Source of the DNA: a virus
Lineage: Duplodnaviria; Caudoviricetes
Reading direction: 5' to 3' (one strand)
Virus record (IMG/VR): IMGVR_UViG_3300030095_003360
Location: 1 to 44,590 of that record
DNA length: 44,590 bases
The notes beneath the pieces were generated by a model. The model saw only the letters and a list, made by a program, of their open reading frames with translations. It ran no database searches and had not been told where the DNA came from. How positions within the stretch are numbered: position 1 is the first letter of the stretch; every line of letters starts with the position of its first letter. Shown here one piece after another: positions 37,664 through 44,590 of the stretch. The position numbers were made by a program, and so were the translations under genes.

Positions 37664-37869
37664 GTTGGCTCCTTTTCATATACGGTTCTTAACTTCTTGA
37701 TTAAGAGGTAATCCTCTTTATCACTTAACTCATAAACACTTCTCTTACCCTTAGTAAAGCTCTTCAGTGTATCTGTCATGTGCCTTATTCCATCATACCA
37801 TCCAAACTTAGATGTAAAAGAGTGCTCTATCTCATTCCATTTCCTCACCTCCACCTGCATCTCCTCCAT
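37636..37869 (-). CDS. Hypothetical protein
   Basis: 77-aa ORF overlapping its neighbours; start uncertain. Confidence 0.6.
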   Translation of the reverse strand: MEEMQVEVRKWNEIEHSFTSKFGWYDGIRHMTDTLKSFTKGKRSVYELSDKEDYLLIKKLRTVYEKEPTWHVKENRK

Positions 37870-38074
37870 ATTCTGTGTTTAATCTACTAGGATATATTTC
37901 TTCTTCTTCGGGAGTCATTCCTTCTTGTGTATTTTTCTCTGCTATCCTACTATATTCCTTAATTATCTTATGCCTTAAAGCTTCTATCTCGTTTTGATAT
38001 TTAGGTAGAACCCTTAAGCTTTCTATTTTTAATGCGTTAATAATTATATCGTATTCGTTATTTGTTATCTTCAT
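37832..38074 (-). CDS. Hypothetical protein
   Basis: 80-aa ORF with TAATG coupling. Confidence 0.6.
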   Translation of the reverse strand: MKITNNEYDIIINALKIESLRVLPKYQNEIEALRHKIIKEYSRIAEKNTQEGMTPEEEEIYPSRLNTEYGGDAGGGEEME

Positions 38075-38646
38075 TAGAACGGTACATCAGATAGGTCTCT
38101 CTCTCCATTACTCCAAGAGTAAACAGACACAGCCTTAGGAGAGGTTACCTCTTCTCCATCTCTATTTGTCCAGCTTTCATGCTTTACCTTAATAATAGAA
38201 GGCATACCTTCACAATTAGAAGGGGTTAATACGGGAAGTGCAAATACGGTTTTTCCATCTATCTCTTTCTCTTCAGGTTTTATACCAAGTGCTTCACATA
38301 GGTCTTTAAACTCTCTGTTACCACCTGAATTAGGCTGAAGTTTATTATCACTAGGGTTTTTAAACCTAAAGAAACCCTTTGAGCGTAATGTTTTACCTAC
38401 AAACATTGCCCCACTATGCTCTCCAAATGTCTTCTCTGAATTATCACTAGATAATTTGAATATTAAGTTATATATGTCAGCTAGGTGCTTACCTCGTATA
38501 ACTACATCTGCCTTCATTGTGAACTCTTTAACATGTGCGTAGTAGTCACCTTCAGGTATTATAATATTCGGCTTATCTTCTGAAGGGTCATAATAAGACT
38601 CTCCCCCCATAGCACCTTCAAGCATATCGTTTATTGAATTACTCAT
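38074..38646 (-). CDS. Single-stranded DNA-binding protein (DUF669-like)
   Basis: IPEG.Y...V N-terminus, acidic tail ending DVPF; adjacent to the annealase. Confidence 0.7.
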   Translation of the reverse strand: MSNSINDMLEGAMGGESYYDPSEDKPNIIIPEGDYYAHVKEFTMKADVVIRGKHLADIYNLIFKLSSDNSEKTFGEHSGAMFVGKTLRSKGFFRFKNPSDNKLQPNSGGNREFKDLCEALGIKPEEKEIDGKTVFALPVLTPSNCEGMPSIIKVKHESWTNRDGEEVTSPKAVSVYSWSNGERDLSDVPF

Positions 38647-39256
38647 TCATACTCTCCTTTATTTGATTTATTCTATTAGTTACTTTTTCTATATCTCCTT
38701 TTTCTATATTTCCATCTTCTATAGATAGGGATATTTTTTCTTTCCATTCATCACTTAAGCCTTCCATTTCTTTATATAAAAAATCTATATCGTCTTGGCT
38801 TAGTGATGTATCTTCTACTCTGTTTCTATAAACATCGTCTGATATATTGAGATACATATTAAATGCTTTCTTAATGCAGTCTGTATTCGCTGACTTAATA
38901 TCATTCCCAACGTCTACAAACTCATCACTGCTTCTTTTCTTTTGTATTCTATGAGCCGCAGTCATATCACCCTCTCTCCATATACCACCCTCGAACCACT
39001 TCAGTCTTCCATGTACCATAAATGCTTCACTACCCAACAGTTCTGTATTAATAATAGTCCAAGACCAGCCGGGATAGTAGGTGTCTGCCATCTTCTTCAT
39101 ATATCCTACCTCTACATAATCAAGTCCCATCTTGCTTTTAATGAAGGACTTGGGAGTATCTTTCATAGATACGTCGTTGTGTAACTCTCTCATTGTGTCA
39201 AAAATGTCACTAGATACAATACTAGAACTCTCTACTTTTACAACTTCATCACTCAT
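38639..39256 (-). CDS. Sak/Rad52-like single-strand annealing protein
   Basis: YV.....  W.W.I, GND.K.A.TD..KKA......I..DVY motifs. Confidence 0.8.
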   Translation of the reverse strand: MSDEVVKVESSSIVSSDIFDTMRELHNDVSMKDTPKSFIKSKMGLDYVEVGYMKKMADTYYPGWSWTIINTELLGSEAFMVHGRLKWFEGGIWREGDMTAAHRIQKKRSSDEFVDVGNDIKSANTDCIKKAFNMYLNISDDVYRNRVEDTSLSQDDIDFLYKEMEGLSDEWKEKISLSIEDGNIEKGDIEKVTNRINQIKESMNE

Positions 39257-39458
39257 TTATTTCTCCTTTGTCTATGATAAATGATTTAACGTATTTTAAA
39301 GTCACATATCTATCTTTTTCCTTGTTTAAAAAAACGGGTTCGTTTAGTTCGTCAAAACCACCATTATAACAAATAGAATCAAGGATTATAGTTTCTTTAA
39401 GTTGTCCGTCACCATAGTCTTGATTCCATAACACTGATTTGCCTAAGTATTCTCTCAT
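39249..39458 (-). CDS. Hypothetical protein
   Basis: Start probably ATG 39458 (TAATG coupling). Confidence 0.6.
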   Translation of the reverse strand: MREYLGKSVLWNQDYGDGQLKETIILDSICYNGGFDELNEPVFLNKEKDRYVTLKYVKSFIIDKGEINE

Positions 39459-39784
39459 TACCCTTCTCTTTTCTTTTTGTAGGTTTGTATCATGCACAAT
39501 AGCAATAGAAGGTAATTAATAAGGTCACTTATCCTACTCTCTATACTCTCTGAGTATTCTTTTCCATCTTTTAAATAATTAAATACACTGCTAATATGCT
39601 TCTGCATATAGACAGATAGAACTTGCATAGGTAGTAATCCTAAGGTCTCTCCTATCTTTTCGAAGTTCCATAAGACATTCTCATTGTGATGCCCTTCTGT
39701 GTATTCTATTCTTTTCTCATCTGAAAGTTTTATTGTTGCATCTAAAAACTCTTCTCTTAACTTCTTAAACTCTATAGCTTTCAT
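39458..39784 (-). CDS. All-alpha nucleotide-modification-associated/MazG-fold-like protein (DUF1599-like)
   Basis: K..EY.......NF.....LG....V..VY..KH...ESIE.RI.D.INYL.LL pattern. Confidence 0.6.
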   Translation of the reverse strand: MKAIEFKKLREEFLDATIKLSDEKRIEYTEGHHNENVLWNFEKIGETLGLLPMQVLSVYMQKHISSVFNYLKDGKEYSESIESRISDLINYLLLLLCMIQTYKKKREG

Positions 39785-39786
39785 CT

Positions 39787-40008
39787 TTACGCTTCAGCTT
39801 TATTGCTATCAGATAGAACAGAGATAAACTTATCTCCTTGAGATGCCATGCTCTCTGCTTTTTTAATGTTGTCCTTAAACTGAGGTAGTTCTTCTTCTTG
39901 ATTGGCTACAACAAACATTAAATTCATTAGTGCTATTTCTAATTGCTCTAATCTAAAGTTTAACATTTTAAACTCAGAAGAATAACTTTTCTTAGTATGT
40001 TTTTCCAT
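39787..40008 (-). CDS. Hypothetical coiled-coil protein
   Basis: 73-aa ORF, GGAG RBS. Confidence 0.6.
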   Translation of the reverse strand: MEKHTKKSYSSEFKMLNFRLEQLEIALMNLMFVVANQEEELPQFKDNIKKAESMASQGDKFISVLSDSNKAEA

Positions 40009-40231
40009 CTTTATACTCCACTTTAACTAGTTGCGTTTTTCTATCGTAAGACCTATTAACATTATTAGAATACAGTTCTGCATCTTCTCTAGTGTTAAAC
40101 AATCTGTTTGGATATTTATCATTTACCTTATTAGAGAATGCACCACCTCTTATCATCCACCATACTACTCCATCCTTCTCTTCTTTAATTGTCCACCTCT
40201 CTGTTAACTTCTCTTGACTTCCTTTACTCAT
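39992..40231 (-). CDS. Hypothetical protein
   Basis: 79-aa ORF, AGGAG RBS, F.TREDAE.Y motif. Confidence 0.65.
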   Translation of the reverse strand: MSKGSQEKLTERWTIKEEKDGVVWWMIRGGAFSNKVNDKYPNRLFNTREDAELYSNNVNRSYDRKTQLVKVEYKDGKTY

Positions 40232-41108
40232 TTTCTACTCCTTTGTTGTACGGACAAACGTGTCTAACGTCACAGTAAGACTCACATTTCTTACCTGCCC
40301 ATGTTTCTTCTTTACTACACTTCTCGGGTAACTCTTCTAATTTAAGAGCATTGAGAAGTAAATCTCTTTGAGTCTCATACCTATCTATAAGGTGGTCGTT
40401 GTTTATGTGAGGAACGTCTAGTAAGTATATATTCTTATCAACACCCCTCTCTCTAGCTATCTGTAGACCACCATCTCGAACAGTTACTTGCAATAACATC
40501 TTGTCTACTTCATAGTTATTACTCTCTAGTAAGTACCGATAGAAGTTAATTTGCCAAGCCCAATCTTCCATATCTATCGTGCTTTCATCTATATAAAATT
40601 CTTTTATTTTCTTTGGCTGACCTTTCTTTCCCCATCTACCACTCCTCTTATATACTTCAGTAGGGTGAGAAGTGTATGCCCATTGTATACCAAGGCACTT
40701 AGCAACCTTGTAAGAGCCTGAGAACTTATAGTCTATTAATGTTTTAGTTTCTTTATCATAAAGGTCTATAATTCCAGTAACTCCCATACTTTCTAACTGA
40801 ATCTCTGAACACAGCCTATCTAAAGATATAGAAGAGTCTTCTAATTTTAAATGATGTAGTGTTCCAGCTAGAGAAAAAGCATTATCATGTGGGTTTATAT
40901 AATAATCTTCTTTTCTCTTTAGGTATGATTCGCAAGTGCCACTTAGTAACTCTGTGGCAGATGGCTTTCTCTCGGGGTCTCTATCTGATGACATGTGTAA
41001 TAGAGTAGGTATAGACACTCCAATTCTACTAACGTCAACATTACCCTTGTAAACATCCTCAAGTAATAACTTATCACCATTGGGATATTTAAATCCTTTT
41101 AAAGGCAT
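40224..41108 (-). CDS. Cas4-like PD-(D/E)XK exonuclease
   Basis: GT..H..LE, G..D, IDYK, Q...Y motifs; one N-terminal Cys plus a C-terminal Cys cluster (CESYCDVRHVC). Confidence 0.85.
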   Translation of the reverse strand: MPLKGFKYPNGDKLLLEDVYKGNVDVSRIGVSIPTLLHMSSDRDPERKPSATELLSGTCESYLKRKEDYYINPHDNAFSLAGTLHHLKLEDSSISLDRLCSEIQLESMGVTGIIDLYDKETKTLIDYKFSGSYKVAKCLGIQWAYTSHPTEVYKRSGRWGKKGQPKKIKEFYIDESTIDMEDWAWQINFYRYLLESNNYEVDKMLLQVTVRDGGLQIARERGVDKNIYLLDVPHINNDHLIDRYETQRDLLLNALKLEELPEKCSKEETWAGKKCESYCDVRHVCPYNKGVENE

Positions 41109-41133
41109 GTATTACCTCCTTTCTCTCATATTA

Positions 41134-41173
41134 AATTTACTTATATTTTATTTATTGAAGCAAGGAATATTTT
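41134..41173 (-). promoter_or_regulatory. Promoter AAAATATTCC-TTGCTT-18-TAAATT for the recombination/replication operon
   Basis: Consensus match followed by an AAGGAGGT RBS. Confidence 0.65.
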
Positions 41174-41178
41174 ATTTT

Positions 41179-41403
41179 TTATTTAACTTTCCCAACTATA
41201 AATATAGTACCTTGACTTGTAGAAAGCATCCTCACTTTCTCCCATTGTCTGTGGCTCTTGCAATATAAGTGTATGGTTTTATTTAACTTATAGATAGGTT
41301 CATTATAGTCATGTACATATCTCTCTCTATCCATTATTTTATATGATTGCATGTTCATACTACAACTACAGCAAATAACAAGTAATAAAATATATTTTTT
41401 CAT
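41179..41403 (-). CDS. Putative lipoprotein, paralog of 21496-21756
   Basis: MKKYILLLVICCSCS signal/lipobox-like N-terminus; AGGAG RBS. Confidence 0.7.
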   Translation of the reverse strand: MKKYILLLVICCSCSMNMQSYKIMDRERYVHDYNEPIYKLNKTIHLYCKSHRQWEKVRMLSTSQGTIFIVGKVK

Positions 41404-41415
41404 TTTTACTCCTTT

Positions 41416-42468
41416 TTAATTACTAAACACCCTCTGTCTCTTCGTGATGTACTTACTTAATTTACTACCAAACATTCTATTAATACATACATCTTCTTCT
41501 ACCCATTGTTTAACTACTTTTTCCTCATCGTTAGCTAATTTAATACCCATATCTATAATCTTATTTAATATAGATATCCAATTTATTATCTTCACCTTAT
41601 TAATAGTCCCCGAATGTAGTCTAAATTCAATAGTACCATGATAGTATCTAGAATGTAGATTCATAGCACAGTACCTAGCTTCATTATACTTATCAGTACT
41701 GTATGAACAACCCATATATTCATAATATTCTTGTGCTAATTCTTCTTCGGTATATATGTTTTTCAGACTGTTAAAATTTAAAGGGAAATCACGACACCAA
41801 TTAGACGATTGTCTAGAGGGTGGCATTATACTCTTGAGAATGGATTGGTACTTAGCATAAACAATACCTACGTGAGCCACTTCTCTTGGGCTCATATCTA
41901 TGGAGTTAAAATGTACATGGAACCCACAAGAGACATTTACATGAGCACCCTGCTCTTCCTTCCACGACATTAACTTATCTATACTATTAAGTAGTAGGTC
42001 TCCATTCGCAGGTCTAGAAACCATTTCTACTCCATAATATCCCGAGTCTTCAGTATTTATAGAACCATCTGACACGTTTGCCCAATGAGTAGGTGTCCAC
42101 ATACTATCTCCATCGGGTACTAAACATTCAATCTCTAAACCTACCATTCTTCTAATATTGTATTGTTTAAACTGATTTTCTTTAGATTCTCTACTATTAA
42201 GTGGGAGAGATAATGATTGTACATCTATCAGTTCTTGACTACTACAGTAACAACTCTCGCAAAAATACTCTTCACGATTACTATCCCAACTTTCATCACT
42301 AACACACTCAACGCCACAATCATAACATTCAGAATAGTAATCCCAATAGCACTCACAACAATGGTGTTCTCCATATCTATCACTATATACATCTCCTTCA
42401 TCTTCGATAGTAACCTCACAGCATATACAACTATATTCTATATTAGTATCTGTGTCTCTTGTTGGCAT
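41416..42468 (-). CDS. Putative amidoligase (COOH-NH2 ligase type 2) with N-terminal Zn ribbons
   Basis: GLEIE, DGSI, GVEMVS.P, SCGFHVH, RY...N, TIEFR.H.GT; four CxxC motifs at the N-terminus. Confidence 0.9.
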   Translation of the reverse strand: MPTRDTDTNIEYSCICCEVTIEDEGDVYSDRYGEHHCCECYWDYYSECYDCGVECVSDESWDSNREEYFCESCYCSSQELIDVQSLSLPLNSRESKENQFKQYNIRRMVGLEIECLVPDGDSMWTPTHWANVSDGSINTEDSGYYGVEMVSRPANGDLLLNSIDKLMSWKEEQGAHVNVSCGFHVHFNSIDMSPREVAHVGIVYAKYQSILKSIMPPSRQSSNWCRDFPLNFNSLKNIYTEEELAQEYYEYMGCSYSTDKYNEARYCAMNLHSRYYHGTIEFRLHSGTINKVKIINWISILNKIIDMGIKLANDEEKVVKQWVEEDVCINRMFGSKLSKYITKRQRVFSN

Positions 42469-42469
42469 A

Positions 42470-42781
42470 TCATCCTCCTATGTTCGTTGTTATTATACCT
42501 ACAACGAAGGCATTGATTACCCTAATCCAATCTAACTTTTTTAAAGCATCATAGATTTCGCTTTCTAATTTAGATGATTTTCTATCAATAGATATATCTC
42601 CCGAACCAAGTATTTCTATTTGATTCACAAGAAAATCTAGATACTCTTCATATGTACTTCCTACTATAAAAGGATTTTTCTTTGCCCTATTATATAGAGT
42701 AGTTAGCACAAACTTCTTAGACTTTAATTTAATAGGATTTGGAAACCCTATTAATATTACTTTCTTTTTACTTTTCTCCAT
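42470..42781 (-). CDS. Hypothetical protein inside the amidoligase module
   Basis: ATG 42781 with AAGGAG RBS. Confidence 0.65.
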   Translation of the reverse strand: MEKSKKKVILIGFPNPIKLKSKKFVLTTLYNRAKKNPFIVGSTYEEYLDFLVNQIEILGSGDISIDRKSSKLESEIYDALKKLDWIRVINAFVVGIITTNIGG

Positions 42782-43757
42782 TACAAACTCCTTCATCTCC
42801 ATATGATGGTGAGTATTCACAAGCTATGCATATACTTCTACCACAACTATCAGTATATATCTCTTGATAATCTACATCTTCATAGCAGAAATTACACATC
42901 TTTGTTCTATCAACTGTACTGCTAGATAGCAACTTAGACGCAGGGCTAGGACTTCCAAACCTCTTATCGTAACTACGCCAACTCTCTAATCCAGTCATGT
43001 ATGAATCTCGATATGTAGAGAACTGACTTAGTGTCTCGAATCTCACTACCTCTACACTAGGTTTTTTATTAAACTTATCAGTATCGTAGGTAAATATGTA
43101 GTCTGCATTAACCTTCGATATAGGCAACCTCAATCCAGCTCTAGTCATAGCTTCAGACATAATACTTTCCGTAGATGCCCACAGCAAAACTCTAGCCTTT
43201 TTCCAATAGGATATAACCATCGGTCTACCACTTTCCCTAGCTAGGTGTATCTTTTTATTACTATCTTTTACCCATGTAATAGCAAAGTCTCCATTGATAT
43301 CTTCGAAAGCTCTACTCATTTCTTTTCTATTCAAAGATTGAAATAGAACTTGTGAGTCTACCTCGGGAGAATCCTTTCCCATTTGTTTAGCCACTATGTT
43401 GTAATTGTAGATTACTCCATTGTGAGCACCCGTTACTTCTCCTACATTAAACGGATGAGCGTTACGAACCTTGACATCTCCATGAGTAGCAAATCTAACA
43501 TGCCCCATAGCTATTGTAGTTTCTCTATTAATGTGATTTATAACATTAGACCACTCTTCTTTATCTACTAATGTAGAAGAATCTGTCAATGTTTTATAGG
43601 TGTATCTAGCTTCGGGATTCATAATAGAAAATCCCGTACTATCCTCACCTCTTATAGACGACTCGTCTGTTAACTCAGTAAATACTCTCTTAAGAATATC
43701 TATCTGACTGTCGCTTTGTCTATCGCTAGTCTTAGCGAATCCAAAGATACCACACAT
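42768..43757 (-). CDS. Class II (Ntn) glutamine amidotransferase with C-terminal Zn ribbon
   Basis: MCGIFG, RG.DSTG, GHVRFAT.G, NAHPF, HNG.I.N, VDS; CNFC...CIAC. Confidence 0.92.
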   Translation of the reverse strand: MCGIFGFAKTSDRQSDSQIDILKRVFTELTDESSIRGEDSTGFSIMNPEARYTYKTLTDSSTLVDKEEWSNVINHINRETTIAMGHVRFATHGDVKVRNAHPFNVGEVTGAHNGVIYNYNIVAKQMGKDSPEVDSQVLFQSLNRKEMSRAFEDINGDFAITWVKDSNKKIHLARESGRPMVISYWKKARVLLWASTESIMSEAMTRAGLRLPISKVNADYIFTYDTDKFNKKPSVEVVRFETLSQFSTYRDSYMTGLESWRSYDKRFGSPSPASKLLSSSTVDRTKMCNFCYEDVDYQEIYTDSCGRSICIACEYSPSYGDEGVCNGEK

Positions 43758-43779
43758 ATTAACTCCTTTGTTGTTATTG

Positions 43780-44590
43780 TTATTGGATATACTCTTGTGT
43801 TTTACTCTCTATATACTCAACTCCTTTATGCCCAGATATAGCATAGAGTATATCGTCTAGTTGAGTTTTTTTAGAAATTATTTTTCTATATAAATCTCTA
43901 TTTTTATTTAATTCTTTAGAGGTAGACATAATACTATTTAGAAATATTATCCAATCTAATATTCTCTTAGATGATGTACTTCCCTCGTGATATCTAAACT
44001 CTACTGTTCCTAGAAAGAATCTAGCGTGTAGGTTTGTTCCTATATATCTAGCACCATTATACTTATTTTCCGTTATAGACTCTCCCTGCATATTGTAATA
44101 CTTAGATACCAATTCGCTTAAGCTACTTATTTTGTCTATGGTATCAGTAGTTAGAGATATTTTCCTAACATAACTACTACCTCTTCTATACTCGGGAAGT
44201 GTTTTATATATACTGTCTTGGATTCTAGACATTATTAATAGAAGTGATTTTAATTCTATAAATCCAAAATCTAAAGCGTTAAAGTGTATATGTATACCAC
44301 AACTTTCATCTACACCATTCCATGCAGACTTATGTTCTTGTCTCAAACTCTTTAGAGCTAAGCTTATATCACTACCAATAACTGGTCTAGATGTCACAAA
44401 CTCTACTCCACCTGAATTTAGAGAACCATCTTCTACTATGTTAAAATAGTCTGGTTCACCTTGACAGTCTATATAATCCTCTACTGTCTCGTACTCCGAT
44501 ATAACCTCACTCTCTATACCTATAAACCTATTAAGATTATGCTTTCCTGCAAATTTTCTAGGTAACTCTCGATATCTAATAGGTTTAGCT
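43780..44590 (-). CDS. Putative amidoligase (COOH-NH2 ligase type 2), 5'-truncated by the window end
   Basis: The frame stays open upstream of 44397 to the end: ..RFIGIESE..EDGSLNSGGVEFVTSRP..SCGIHIH..RY...N..TVEFRYHEG. Confidence 0.9.
   Translation of the reverse strand, partial: AKPIRYRELPRKFAGKHNLNRFIGIESEVISEYETVEDYIDCQGEPDYFNIVEDGSLNSGGVEFVTSRPVIGSDISLALKSLRQEHKSAWNGVDESCGIHIHFNALDFGFIELKSLLLIMSRIQDSIYKTLPEYRRGSSYVRKISLTTDTIDKISSLSELVSKYYNMQGESITENKYNGARYIGTNLHARFFLGTVEFRYHEGSTSSKRILDWIIFLNSIMSTSKELNKNRDLYRKIISKKTQLDDILYAISGHKGVEYIESKTQEYIQ

Noticed and set aside
40224-41108. Cas4-like gene as evidence of a CRISPR system
   Set aside because: No repeat-spacer array or other cas genes were seen; it sits with annealase and SSB genes, the usual phage recombination context.
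1845-43571. Many short opposite-strand or nested ORFs in the track (e.g. 1845-2129, 2532-2747, 5064-5366, 14236-14577, 35402-35902, 42217-42516)
   Set aside because: They lie inside better-supported genes, lack RBSs and have shadow-frame composition.
1-44590. Specific host assignment (e.g. Marinimicrobia or another FCB-related marine lineage)
   Set aside because: Promoter style and gene content are only suggestive; nothing in the sequence identifies the host.

Overview
The window is an almost complete genome of an AT-rich, short-tailed (podovirus-like) dsDNA phage. The likely habitat is marine or aquatic, but this is inferred from gene content only. Two transcription blocks diverge at about 4400 and converge at about 34176. 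The + strand block (4463-34174) runs: metallophosphoesterase, TerS-like protein, gamma-glutamylcyclotransferase, TerL, P22-like portal, scaffold, major capsid, small basic proteins, adaptor/tail proteins, a four-LamG receptor-binding protein, a lysis module with an M15 endolysin, a tail nozzle-like protein and ejection proteins. The - strand block holds the early and middle genes: two Zn-ribbon COOH-NH2 amidoligases, a class II glutamine amidotransferase, a Cas4-like nuclease, a Sak/Rad52 annealase, SSB, a Holliday junction resolvase and DnaB. I found no integrase, DNA polymerase, primase, methyltransferase, tRNA or CRISPR array. A gene missing from the ORF track (1225->1, -) appears to continue in the open frame at the right end of the window, so the ends nearly join. 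The most interesting signals are: (1) a hairpin-flanked intergenic RNA (37316-37428) complementary to a leader motif repeated in front of several early genes, a candidate trans-acting antisense shut-off system; (2) an early amidoligase/GATase module with its possible 'eraser' (GGCT) moved into the late packaging operon; (3) a folded ~180-nt RNA at 36764-36944; (4) a probable AUU start codon for the portal; (5) repeated xxGG motifs plus a DTVPAML..GEFV domain in the ejection proteins; (6) two paralogous lipoproteins; (7) strong GATC and CCWGG avoidance. All calls come from reading the sequence by eye; no database search or folding program was run.
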